From Phaeosaccion multiseriatum (lineage: Eukaryota > Protista > Ochrophyta, other classes): 64,000 nucleotides of DNA. Under the pieces are notes generated by a model. The model was not told the origin of the DNA, did no database searches, and worked only from the letters and a program-made list of their open reading frames with translations. The stretch lies in contig OZ218951.1 in the NCBI GenBank assembly GCA_965112735.1, forward strand, positions 3,224,001-3,288,000, given 5' to 3'. This document shows, piece after piece, positions 1 to 12,611 of this stretch (its first letter is position 1; each line of letters begins with the position of its first letter). A program made the translations under genes and the position numbers.

Positions 1-54
1 GCTCAGCAGCGGAAGGGCGTACAAGAGAGGGTTCTCCTTCCTGATCAGCAGGGC
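1..54 (-). CDS. Partial exon of an unidentified gene running off the left edge
   Basis: Minus-strand acceptor caacaatag| at 55-56 is followed by an open stretch (e.g. ALLIRKENPLLYALPLLS). A possible first exon MASGPPPGMEGSPPTSF lies near 875-927 with a gtgcgc donor. No family recognised. Confidence 0.3.
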
Positions 55-1457
55 CTATTGTTGTTGTGTATGGATATTAAATGATATAAAGCCAGAACGC
101 TTTTCAACTACCTAGGCGGATAAAAAGGACCAAGAGTTTCAGGGGGAAGGCATACGGGCGAGAGAGGAATTGTCGCGAAGTTTCATTTCATCATCCATCA
201 CACACAAAGCAGCAGCAGCGGCTGAGGTCCCGAATAGATGCAGTTAGTTGCTGGCAGTATTGCGTGTTCCACAGAGAAGAGACTCTGCACTCCAAGGCTT
301 TTCCAGCGGTAGAAGCGACAGCGGACAGAGAAGGAGAAGCAAGCATGTGAGAAAGAAAAAAATTGGCATCCCATCCATCCCCCGTCTCGTGCGTTGTCTG
401 TCTCGCTCGCCTTGTGTGTGCCTAATTAGTGCCTCCTATCTTCGCCTCTCGCCTACCTCTTATGAAAGACGCATTGTGGAGCTGGGAGGCTTGAGAATTG
501 CTGAGTGCAGCGGGAAAGTTTCCCGAAGGAGTGGGCGGGTAGAGGGGGAAGAAGGATGGACTTAACCCAGCCCCGATCGCCACGGAGTGGCAGCAAGGGC
601 CATAGCCACAGCCCCAGCTTTTCCCGCTCACACAAGCGTACAGCGAGCAAGACCCCAACAGCGGCGAAGGTGAGTCAACGATAACAGATGTGGACGAGCG
701 AAGGGGGAGGAGGGGGGGGGGGGGATGAGCGAGATGGAAGAGAGCCTGGGAGGGGGGGGGGTCTGGGAGAGAGAAAGGCCAAGACGGAGTGGCGCTAGAG
801 CGTACTGGAAAAGAGAGAGAAAGATTCTGGGCAGGAGGAGTGGGCACGAAAGGTGTCGCGAGCGACATGCGCACCCGAAAGAAGTAGGGGGGCTTCCCTC
901 CATCCCCGGTGGTGGCCCTGAAGCCATGGCAGTACCCACAACGCTCTTATAACCCCCTCCTCCGCTGCCTCCCGCTCTGTGCTGCTCTGCTGTGCTCTGC
1001 TTTACAACTTACTCTGTCGGTTCTCTGTCGGTCCCCTGCAATCAGGATGACGACGAAGGCGGGTCCAAATCCATGTTCAGCTTTACGAGGCACAAGTCAG
1101 CTACAAAGCTCAGCGCTGCCACCCCCGCTTCTACCACTTCGCCGTCCACACCAGGTGGGTAGAAGTGCGCAACTGCCTGATTGATTGATTGATTGATTGA
1201 TTGACTGCTTGATTGACTGCTTTGGAGGGGAGGAGTGGAAGTGAGAGAGCCAGTTAGTCAGTCAGTACTCAGTCAGTCAGTCAGTCAGTCAGCCCAGCAA
1301 ATCTGTGGGGGCGGTTGGCTATAGGGACAAAGCGGCGACGCACTTGGCGAGGCGGTTACAGGCGGTTACACTACAGAGAGCCTCGTTGGTCAGAGCTACG
1401 AGCAACGGGGGCGACCCAGCGATCGGCTCAGGAGAGAGGAGAGAGAGGGAGGGGGAA

Positions 1458-1513
<56 letters not shown>

Positions 1514-1582
1514 CACCCCCTCCCCCTCCTCCCCCTCTCCCACCACCGCGCACACACAACACACACACACACAGCCTCTGTA

Positions 1583-2377
1583 GTGGCGACGTCTGGCCTG
1601 GCGGCTCCCTCTCCATCTTCTCGCCCCTCCAGCCCCTCACGACACGGACCGAGCCTGCCCTCCTTCGCTGGCGGTGCAAGTTTCATGAAGAAAGTGCACG
1701 CCTTAGACAAAGATAAGGGCGGTAGTAAGGCACAATCTCCGGCTCAGAGGAGGGGGGGAGGAGCGCACAAGAAGGGGAGTTACCTGAGGGAGAGGCTGCC
1801 TCTGAAGCTCTCACAGATTCTCGCTGCCTTGCTGGTCTTGGCGGTGGGCGTCTTCTTCTATGGGTAAGGAAGGAGGGGAGGGGAGGAGAGGAGAGTAGGA
1901 AAGGAGGAGGCACGTTCGCCTGCTCAAGCACACATGTACACACACGAACACACTCAACTCACTCACTCACTCACGCGCACACACTCTCACTCAGGCTAAC
2001 GCACACCACAAACACACACACACACACGCACACACGCGCACACGCACGCACACACATCCCACAGCCACCGACCGGGTCCTCGGCTGGTGAAGCGCGACGC
2101 TCCCTTGTACCGAGGGGACGTGCTGCGAAGTAACGAGTACATCACCTTCTGCACTGGTATACTCGCCTTCGGCTGCGAGGGGAGCAAGCACTTTATTCTC
2201 AACGACAAGGGGGAGCTTGCGTTGTTCGCCGGCAGGTATGTGTGTGTGCGTGTGTGTGCGTGTGTATGCGTGTACGCGTGATAGTGTGTAGGGGGAGGGA
2301 ACGGGAGGGCAAGCAGGACAATCTCTCGCCCATGGAAGATGTGTGTGCGTGTGTGTGTGCGTGCGTGTGTGTATATA

Positions 2378-2433
<56 letters not shown>

Positions 2434-3193
2434 TGACCTTGACCTTGACCCTTCCCTTTCGGTTTCCTTTCTGCCCCTCTCTCCTGGGCGAACTCCCTCC
2501 CTCCGTCTTTCCCTCCATTCCTCACTCACGCATTCACTCACTCACTCACTCTGTCCCTCCCTCCCTCCCTCCTCCCCCTCCTGTGCAGTGGTCCCGACAG
2601 TGCAGGCAAGAAGCTGTGGTCAAGCGGCACGAAGAGCAAGGGCGGCAAGGACATCGTAAGGCTAGAGACAGACAACCTTGTCATCTCAAGGGAGGGGAGG
2701 GTGAGTGAGAGAGAGAGAGAGAGAGAGGGAGGGAGGGAGGGAGGGAGGGAGGGAGGGAGGGAGGAGAGACGGGGGGAGGGAGGGAGGAGAGACGGGGGGA
2801 GGGAGGGAAGGAGAGACGGACGGAGGGAGGGAGGGAGGGAGGGAGGGAGGGAGGGACGGGGGGAGGGAGGGAGGGAGGGAGGGAGGGAGGGAGGGAGGGA
2901 GGAGAGACGGGGGGAGGGAGGGAGGAAGGGAGGGAAGGAGGGAGGGAGAGAAGAGAGACGGAGGGAGGGAGGGAGGGAGGGAGGGAGGAGGAACGGGGGG
3001 AGGGCGTGAGGGAGGGCCACTACTACAACGTGACCTCCTAATTTTGAGCGCATTGCCCGCCCCCCTCCCCTCTGGTGCCATCCCCTCTGGTGCCATCCCC
3101 TCGTGCCATCCACTGCCATCCATGCAGGTGACGTGGAAATCCCCCGTGTCGAGGCTGCCGAAGACCATGCGGCCTTGGCCACTCAGCGTATGA
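1583..3193 (+). CDS. Type II membrane protein with degenerate bulb-type (B-type) lectin-like domain; 5' end uncertain
   Basis: Exons 1583-1863, 2065-2235, 2589-2700 and 3128-3193 splice in consistent phase. A TM segment ILAALLVLAVGVFFYG precedes LYRGDVLRSNEYI..FILNDKGELALF..KKLWSSGT..VRLETDNLVIS..VTWKS, which resembles the B-lectin pattern. Further upstream exons may lie near 1047-1387. Confidence 0.6.
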
Positions 3194-4093
3194 GGAGATG
3201 AGGGGAGGGGCAGAGGGGCAGAGGGGCTCTCTACAGCGCCGGAGGGGATGGCACCAGAGGGCAAGCAAGCCTCTCTTTCTTGTCTCTTGGCCTCTCTTGT
3301 GTGACTGAGTCTGTGTCTCGGCCTCTTTCTCTTTCTCTTCGTCTTTGACTGAGCCCCCCTTGTGTAGTAGGCATCTTAAGCCCCGTAGAGGAGGGTGAGG
3401 AGGCAGTTTATAGAGCAGCTTGTGTGCTTTGCTTGTTGGTCGTGTGTGTGCATGTGTGTAGGTGTATAGGTACTTGTGTGTGTGTGTGTGTGTGTGTGTG
3501 GCCATTGAATCAAGATGTGATGTGAAGTGCGGGGGCTTTTCTTCTTTATTGATACAATGAGTGCCCCCCGCTCAGCTCAGCCGCAGCTCCCCAGCCGAGG
3601 CGTCTACAAACAGCACAAAGGATGCAGCGCTGCTGTCTTGAAGCGTTGGCAGTTATTTTAGTCGGGTGGAGAGAGATTTGAGCTTCGAAGTTTTTTTACA
3701 TATTTCGAGAATGAATTATTTGTTGTAATTATGGGAAGGAAAGAAGGAATGAGGACGTGGTTTGTACATGTGTGCTTGTAGAGGGAGAATGGAACAGGTG
3801 CACTGGACCAGAGGAGGGGAGGGGGGCAAGTACAGTACAGGGCAGGCGGTTCCAAAAGGGGACTTAGTGCCCCGCCACCAAAGAAGAAGAAGGGGGTGCA
3901 GGAGAGAGGTGGGCGTGTGTGTGTGTGTGTGTGTGGGTGGGTGGGTGAGTGGGTGAGTGAGTGAGTGGGTGGGTGAAGGAGAGAGATGAAATGGTCTATT
4001 CACTTGCACACACAAGTGAACTATTACACCCACCACACCCCCCTCCCTCCCCCACCCAGCCCCGGAATGAGGCAATACATAGGCAATCAATCA

Positions 4094-4124
<31 letters not shown>

Positions 4125-4190
4125 TTGTAACACGTGAACTTGGCCATCATCTCAAGTTGGCTTTGCATCGTGCCATTTGGCCAAAGTCCC

Positions 4191-4226
<36 letters not shown>

Positions 4227-4238
4227 GGTCATCATCAT

Positions 4239-4291
<53 letters not shown>

Positions 4292-4313
4292 GTCGCCGTC
4301 GTCGTCGTCGTCA
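4191..4313. repeat. (CAT)n microsatellite immediately after the fadH stop
   Basis: Interrupted CAT/CGT trinucleotide runs seen directly. Confidence 0.9.
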
Positions 4314-6625
4314 TCATGCCATCTTGGCCATTATCCGGGACTTGAGTGACTCAGGGGCGTTAAATACCCCCTCAGTGACATTCTCTAGGACGGCGGCTAA
4401 GCGAGTACCCTGTTGGTGGGGGCAAACAGGGGCACGGAAGGGAAGGAGGGAGGGAGGGAATGGGGGTTACTTTTGGTTGTAATGCGTAGAAGGAAAGAAA
4501 AGGGGGAAGGAGTCAGAGGAGAGGAGAGGAGAGGAGAGGAGGAGCAGAAAGAGGAGAGGAGAGGATGAGGAGAGGAGAGGAGGAGGAGAGGAGAGGAGAT
4601 AAGAGGAGGAGGAGAGGAGAGGAGGGGAGGAGAGGAGGAGAGGAGAGGGGACACCACGCACAACACCGCCCGTTCGTCGCTGCGCAGCCCCGCTAGACCC
4701 AAGTACAGCAAGACCCAAGTACAGCAAGACCCAAGTACAGCGAGCACCGCCCTCCCCTCCCCATCAACTGCCATCCATCCCATCCCATCCCCTGTGTACT
4801 GGTTGGTACCTACCTGATCGATGGCTCTCTTTGCGTCAAGCTCCGCGGCCCTCTCCGCCCCTCCAATGACGAACAAGGGAGGCAAAGGCAACTTCTTGTC
4901 CCCCGTCGTCATGTACTCACGTACTTCGCGCACAATATCCGTGCGAGGCTCCTGAAAGGAGGGCAGGGGGGGGTACATGGGGGTACATGGGGGTATATGG
5001 GGCGGGGTATGGCGGTATATGGGGGTATATGGGGCGGGGTATGGCGGTATATGGGGGTATATGGGGCGGGGTATGGCGGCATATGGGGGTATATGGGGCG
5101 GGGTATGGCGGTATATGGGGTTATATGGGGCGGGGTATGGCGGTATATGGGGGTATATGGGGCGGGGTATGGGGGTATATGGGGCGGGGTATGGGGGTAT
5201 ATGGGGGTATATGGGGGTATATGGGGCGGGGTATGGCGGTATATGGGGGTATATGAGGCGGGGTATGGCGGTATGAGAAGGTGGGTTGTTAGGGTATATA
5301 CAACCAACCAACTGAAGGGAAACACATGATTGCATGTATAAAATATAAATATATCAGACTAAGCTTACGGAAATGGAAACTGAAACCATCAGCCAACTCA
5401 CAACTGGACTAACCTGTCCGGCGCAGATGATCACACTGTCCACCTCGAGGACTCGCTCCTCCCCATCGACGGTTACGTGCAGTCCTGTGAGATGAGAGTG
5501 AGAGATGAAGGTGATGAGCGTCATGAGTGCACGCACGCACGCACGCACGCACGGACAGGAGGAGGAGGGGGTGGGGCACATACTCCATATCCCATACCCC
5601 ATACCCTACACCGTCCTCTGTCATCCCTCCCGGTATACTCCATACCCTATATACCCTATACCGATAACACGCCATACCCTATACCCTATGCCCTGTTCCC
5701 TTTCCCATACGCCCTATACTGTAATGGGGTACACACCCAAACACCATACCGTTTCCCCCCCCCTCTATATACCTAACTGTCAAAAAATATACCCTATATC
5801 CTTTATCCTTCATACCCTATTTTCCCTTATCCCGTATACCATATACCCTGTTCCCTTTCCCGTACGCCCTATACCGTGATGGGGTACACACCCGAACACC
5901 ATACCGTTATACCCTATACCCTATATACATACCTAACCCCCACACCCTATACCCTATATCCTATATCCTTCATACCCTATTTTCCCTTATCCCGTATATA
6001 CCATATACCCTGTTCCCTTTCCCGTACGCCCTATACCGTGATGGGGTACACACCCGAACACCATACCGTTATACCCTATACCCTATATACATACCTAACC
6101 CCCACACCCTATACCCTATATCCTATATCCTTCATACCCTATTTTCCCTTATCCCGTATACCATATACCCTGTTCTCTCTCCCATACGCCCTATACCGTG
6201 ATGGGGTACACACCCGAACACCATACCGTTATATACCCTATACCCTACATACCTAACCCCCATACCCCATACCCCATACCCTATATCCTTAGTCCTACAT
6301 ACCTACCCCCTACACCCCATACCCTATATACCCTATATGCGCTGGTCCTTTACCGTAAGGGGGTATACACCCGTTACACCACTCTCTACACCATATACCC
6401 TAGATTCCCTACCCCCCATACCCTATATACCCTATGCCCGACATACCCTACCCCCTATTGTATACCCTATACCTTCTATCGTACCTTTGTCGTCGACCTT
6501 GTTGTACTGCACGCCTGCCAGCAGATGCACTCCGTGTCGCTTGAGGGATGTCCGGTGAATCCAGCCTGTCGTCTTGCCCAGGCCCTTAGGGAGGAGATGG
6601 GAGTCGAGAGGAAGGAGGAGAGAGC

Positions 6626-6660
<35 letters not shown>

Positions 6661-6706
6661 CACAGAGAGAGAGAGGGAGAGGGAGAGGGGGAGAGAGAGA
6701 GGGAGG

Positions 6707-6795
<89 letters not shown>

Positions 6796-9700
6796 GGAGG
6801 GAGGGAGGGAGAGAGAGAGAAGAGAGTAGAGAGCAGAGAACAGAGAACAGAGGAGGGGAGGGAGGAGAGGAGAGATGAGAGGGGAGGAAGGAGGGAGGAG
6901 GGAGGAGGGAGGAGGGAGGAGGGAGGAGGGAGGAGGGAGGAGGGAGGAGAGCGGAGAGCGGAGAGCATAGACAAGAGTCCGACAAGTTACCCCCTCCCCC
7001 CCTCCCCTGCCCTGGACTCACCTTGCCTAGGGCCCCCTTTTTCCTCTGACAGAGGAAGATCTCTCTCCTCGGCAGCGCTTCCTTCTGGGCCCCGTCCGCG
7101 TCGCCAGCTGCTGCTGTACCACCAACTGTTGCACTCACCCCCCCCCGGTGCGTGTGGGTAGAGTCTACGCCCCACTCCCGCAAGAAGGCCGCTCGATCGT
7201 TCAATCGGTCCTGGGGGGGGGATGGCAGGGGATGGCAGGGGATGGGGGGAGGGGTGTGTGTGTGTGTGTGGGTGTATGAGTGGGTATGTGTGTGTGTATG
7301 TGTGTGTGTATGCGTGTGTGTGTGCGCGCGCGCGTGTGTGTGTGTGTATGTGTGTGTGTGTATGTGTGTGTGTGTGTGTGCGTGCGTGTGTCCATTCGTG
7401 CGTGCGTGTGCGTGTGTGTATGTGTGTGTGTGCGCCAGTGTGTGTGTGTGCGTGTGTGCATGTGTGCGTGGGTACAGGTACGTGTGTATGTGTGCCCCTC
7501 CCTCCCATCCCCTCCCATCCCCTCCCATCCCCTCCCATCCCCTCCCATCCCCTCCCATCCCCTCCCCTTCCCCCTCCCCTCACCTCCGGAGCCTTCTTGA
7601 GCAGCTCTGGGTCCAGCAGATACTCCGAAACGTCAAAGCCTATGCCTCCTGCCCCAATGACCGCAACCCTCTGCCCCAGTTGCTGCTCGCTCACCCTCCC
7701 CTGAAGCAAGTCAACGTAGCTGTGTACACTTCGGTGATCGGCGCCTTCAAATTCTAACTTGCGAGGTGTCACGCCAGTGGCAAACACCAACTTATTAAGG
7801 GAGAGAGGAAGGAGGGAGGGAGGGAGGGAGGGAGAGGAGGGAGAGGAGGGAGGGAGGGACAGAGAGGAGGGAGGGAGGAAGGAGGAGATACGAAGGAGGA
7901 ACGAGGGAGGGAGGGAGGAGGGATGAGTTACAGATTCGAGAGAGGGATGGCTTGTTCTTCTTGGTCTTCTTATTGTTTTCCTCTTCGTCCCTCACCCCCC
8001 CCCCCCCCCCCCTCCCCTACCTCCCCCCTCTCTCTCTCACCTTGTCAAAGCCCTCCTTCATCAACATGTCCGCCGTGGCCAGTGTCCCCAGCTGAACCTT
8101 CACCCCTGTGAGGCCCAATTGCACCCTAAAGTAACGAATTGTCTCGTAAAACTCCTCCTTCCCTGGGATTTTCTTGGCCATGTTGAATTGGCCCCCCACT
8201 TGGTCTGCGGCTTCGTAAAGCGTCACATCGTGCCCTCTTCTGGCCGCGGAGGTGGCAAAGGCCAATCCTGCAGGGCCAGACCCCACCACAGCCACTCGGC
8301 ACACCTAACAGAGGGTACACGGGTGTGTGTGCGTGTGTGTGTGAGTGAGTGTGTGTGTGTGAGAGAGAGTGTGTGTGTGTGTGTGTGCGTGTGTGTGAGT
8401 GAGTGTGTGTGTGTGTGTGTGCGTGTTGAGAAATCGCAACCAAGGAGGGCGATTGTCCGCACAACAGCACGGCCCGAGAGAGAGACAGAGAGGCCTTCAA
8501 GATGCACGGACAGCACGGGCTGCCGTATCACCAACTGCTTCTACTGCTGCTGCTGCTGCCTCTGCCACCCCCCCTCACTGTCTTCCTCCTGCCCCGTCCG
8601 CCTGGCCGGATCGCTGCTCGCTCTCGTTAGCTCACCTTCTCCTTGGTGACCGGTGGCAGCTTGAGCTCAGTCTCGTAGGCCGCCAGCGGATTCACCAGGC
8701 AAGAGGCACGCTTGCCCTGTCACGCGAAGAAGCGGGGATGATGACCAGGGGGGGGGGGGGGCACAAGTTAAGGCCCTTACGTAAGGACACTGCGTAAGCA
8801 CCCAACACGTGGAGAGGGACATAATCAACACACACATACCAACCATTCTCTGCTTGACCCCAACCATTCTCTGCTTGACCCCAACCATTCTCTGCATGAC
8901 CCCAACCATTCTCTGCTTGACCCCAACCATTCTCTGCTTGACCCCAACCATTCTCTGCTTGACCACAACCATTCTCTGCATGACCACAACCATTCTCTGC
9001 ATGACCACAACCATTCTCTGCTTGACCCCAACTATTCTCTGCATGACCCCAACCATTCTCTGCATGACCCCAACCATTCTCTGCTTGACCCCAACCATTC
9101 CCTGCTTGACCCCAACCATTCTCTGCTTGACCCCAACCATTCTCTGCCTCGGTGGCACGGCATGTGTCACGCACACTTTGGAATAGCAAAAGCAAAGAGT
9201 GACACAGTGTACACACGTAACTCACTCAATTCCCTCCCTCACCATGAAAGTGTGGTCTAGACAGGCTTGATTGCACGCGATGCACGTGTTGATCTCCTCC
9301 ACACGCCCCTCCTGTGCCTTTCGCACCTGCAAAGGTTGTGGTGGTGGTGGTGGTGGTGGTGGTGGTGGTGGTGGAGGAGGAGGAGGAGGAGGAGGATTAG
9401 GAGGAGGAAGAGGAGAAGGAGGAAGAGGGGGAGGAGCAAGAGGAGAAGGAGGAAGAGGGGGAGGAGGGGGAGGAGGGGGAGGAGGAAGCTTCAGAAGGGT
9501 GGGCAATGGGCAAGCCAGGGCAGCGTATGCGGCGCTCCTCCCCTACTCTCCCTTCCCCTTCCCTCTCCTCAGCTTTACACCTCCCCATATCACATAACCT
9601 TACGTACCCAGTAGGGATCAGCGAGTAGGGGTCGAGCCATAGACACCAAGTCGGCCTCCCCCATGGTCAGGATCTGAGGGCAGGTGAATGGGTATATGCA

Positions 9701-10636
9701 AGCATATGGGCAGGAGGGAAGAACATCACATGGTGGACATCAGAGAGGGCATATGGGTTGGGGGAGGAATGGGATCAGGATAATTTGTCACTCTTTGACT
9801 TGTCCTAATCCTTAACTTACACCAATTTCCAACCACTGACACCCTAATCCTTGACTTACTTACCTTCTCTGCGGTGTCTGGCATGTTGATTCGGTTGGTG
9901 GCCACAAGGGGGATCTTCACATGCCCCATCAGCTTCTTGGTCACCCACGAGAAGCCTAAGTCAATGGGTATGTGTGTGTGTGTGCGTGGAGGCGAAAGAA
10001 AGGAAACTCGTTGTTAGAATGAGGGGTGGAGGGGGGGGAGGGGAGGTGGGGGGAGGAGAGGGGAGGAGATGAGAGGGGGGGCTTCAAAGAATCCCCCCCT
10101 CCACTGCTATACCCCCCGCCCGCCCCAGCCGCCTAACTAAAGTTTCCATTGCGCCTGCTTGAGTTTCAATTGCGGCGCCTTTGGAACACGTATGCTTTGT
10201 ACCTGCTCTCGGTACACAGGTGGCAATGGTGGGGATGCGTGCTTCGTGCCAGCCGATGCCCTGTGCGTGTTGTGATGTGAGGAGAAAAGGAGCGGAGAGG
10301 AGGAGAGGAGAAGACGAGAGGAGAGAAGGAGAGGTGAGAAGGGGAGGAGAGAAGGAGAGGAGCGAAGGAGGGGAGAGGAGGAGAGGAAACAAGACCACAT
10401 GACATGACGCACACAACAAGCATGCAAGATCCACACGAGAAAGCAAAGCATGAGCAGTTGGTGAAACAGAGCAGAGTAAAGCAGTTGTGCAGCCCCTCCT
10501 CCCTCCCTCCTTCCCTCCTCACCGTGTTGATGATGCTCGCACCCGCCGCCTCGATCTTCTTGGCCAGCTGAGAGAGAGAGCGCAAGAGAGAGAGAGAGAG
10601 AGAGAGGGCAAGCGAGAGAGGAGAGGGAGGAGAGAC

Positions 10637-10676
<40 letters not shown>

Positions 10677-12611
10677 CGGGTAAGGGTAAAGTGCCCTCCT
10701 CAGAGCCGTTACTAGACAGAGCGGGTAAGTGCTCTCCTCAGAGCCGTTACTCTTCCCTCCTCAGAGCCGTTACTCTTCCCTCCCGCTTGGACTCGTACCT
10801 CCTCCTGGACTCTTGCCTCCCACCCCCGGTGCCCCCTGATTCCTATTAAGTCAACAAAATATCCCCCTGGGCCCCCACTCACCCCCTTCCCCTGCCGGAC
10901 CATTTTGGAGCTATCCACTGCCTTTTTTACTTACCTGCTGCACCTCTTCCCATGTGGAGCCGTCATCGATGAGATCGAGCATACTGAGGCGGTAAATGAT
11001 GATGAAGTCCTTCCCCACCGCCTCGCGCACCTGTAGCAGTTGGTGATGATGCATGTACAGCAGTTGGTGGTTCAGCAGCGGTTGGTGACGCAGCAGTTCG
11101 TGGTACAGCAGCGGTTGGTGGTACAGCAGCAGTCGGTGGTAGAGCAGTTGGTAATACAGCAAGAGCAGCAGTTGGATACGGCAGCAGCAGCAAAGTCCTT
11201 GTGGTAGAAATTATGCAACCGAAGGCGCTCTCTGCCTCCCTCCACTGCCATCCCTCCCTCCTGCGCTAGTGACACACCTGCTTAACAATCTCCACGGGCA
11301 GTCTGCATCTTGCGGAGAAGTCTCCCCCCCAGGGCCCCTCCCTATTGTTGGTCCTGCCCACGATGAACTGATTGATAAAGTAGCCCTCACTGCCCATGAT
11401 CTAATCCATCGCAAGATTACGACACAGTAGGGCAGAACAAACATTGCAGGTAGGGGGGGTGGGCATGAGCAGCAGCAATGTATGGGTCCAACGGGAACAG
11501 TGGAGACAATGACGGCAATGTATGGGTCCAACGGGAGCAGTGGAGACAATGACGTTCAGCTTGAGTAACGGCCTACACACTCACACGTACACACACACAC
11601 ACACACACGCACGCACACGCCCACACGCCCACCCACGCACCCACGCACGCACCCACCCACGCACCCACCTCCACTCCATCGTAGCCCGCCTCCCTGGCGA
11701 GCTCGGCACAGCGTACAAAGTCCCTTATGGTGCCATCCACCTCGCTGTCCTTGAGGGCCCTCGGAGTGTGTTTGTTGATGGGCGACTTGATGGACGAGGC
11801 CCCCACACACCACGGGTGGTAGCCGTACCTAAGGGGTTGGTTTTATGGTAGAGGTATTGTGGGGCAGGGTGGGGAAGGGTGGGGTAAGGTGGAGTGAGGT
11901 GGAGTGAGGTGGGGTGAGGTGGGGTGGGGTGGAGTGGGTTCACTCTCCTCCCCCTTCTCCCCCTCCAAACGACTCTCTCTTTCTCTCCCTCTCTGCCTCT
12001 TCTTGTACGCTGACTCTCTATCGTCCAATCCTCACCTTCCGGCGTGAAGAATCTGCATACAGATCTTCCCGTCGGCCTCGTGCACCTCCGCATCCGCGTG
12101 GGAGAGGAGAGGGAACAGCAGCAGCAGCAGCGGCAACAGTAGGACGGTGGGCGGCGACGAGTCCAATTAGCAATCACACCAGTTCCATTCCGCATCGCAC
12201 CTGCTCCATCCGTCCTCCTCCTCACCAAACCGAGAGACGGCCCCCAAGGTCGCAACACCCCCCCCTCCCGCTCGCTAGCGTAGAGCAAAGCAGCATCCCC
12301 ACCCACCTCACCTGCCTGGTGACGTCTCTGTGCCCCCTCGCCTCCAGCGTGGTGCTCATCTTGGCCGCAAACGGGTACACCATGCCCGCGTTGTTAGGGC
12401 TAATGCCTCCCGTCACCATGAGGCCCACGCCCCCTCTGGCCCTCTCTGCGTAGAAGGCGCCCATCTTACTCAGGCCGTTGAGCCCCAGCGGAGTGAGAAG
12501 CGAGTCCTCCAGCCCCGTGTGCATAGACCCCATGATGACTCGGTTGCGGAGCTTCGTGTGGCCCAGATCCAGGGGCTTCAGCAAGTTGTGGAACTTACTC
12601 GGGGCAGACAT
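4314..12611 (-). CDS. fadH: NADPH-dependent 2,4-dienoyl-CoA reductase, FadH type (FMN/FAD/4Fe-4S), 18 exons
   Basis: Starts [36 protein letters not shown]. Motifs: [33 protein letters not shown], Fe-[68 protein letters not shown]. Approximate exons: 12611-12312, 12086-12036, 11829-11670, 11400-11278, 11030-10935, 10567-10523, 10260-10203, 9955-9864, 9673-9608, 9326-9243, 8716-8636, 8304-8041, 7790-7584, 7210-7022, 6585-6486, 5484-5414, 4951-4814, 4409-4314. Confidence 0.95.
4971..5274. repeat. Intronic minisatellite built from GGGGTATATG / GGGCGGGGTAT / GGCGGTATAT units
   Basis: Tandem ~32 bp higher-order unit with 10 bp variants, in fadH intron 16. Confidence 0.9.
5581..6480. repeat. ATACCCT-rich satellite with ~160 bp higher-order units
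   Basis: The unit start (c)cgtgatggggtacacacccgaacaccataccgtt recurs at ~5719 (degenerate), 5875, 6036 and 6196. Located in fadH intron 15. Confidence 0.9.
8838..9148. repeat. 21 bp minisatellite (CCAACCATTCTCTGCWTGACC), ~15 copies
   Basis: Head-to-tail copies with few substitutions and no spacers, in fadH intron 10. Confidence 0.95.
11032..11191. repeat. Degenerate tandem array (~8 copies) of the CAGCAGTTGGTGATAC motif
   Basis: Units include agcagttggtgatg, agcagttggtggttc, gcggttggtgacgc, agcagttcgtggtac, gcggttggtggtac, agcagtcggtggtag, agcagttggtaatac and agcagttggatac. The array abuts the acceptor of fadH exon 5. Confidence 0.85.

Noticed and set aside
4397-7790. Long Pro/Tyr/Gly-rich, HT/CV- and RE-repeat ORFs
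   Set aside because: They are read-through of intronic satellites around real fadH exons.
8838-9148. Regular 21 bp repeat as a CRISPR array or repeat protein (QAENGWG)n
   Set aside because: No unique spacers and no cas genes; it lies inside a fadH intron and is a plain minisatellite.
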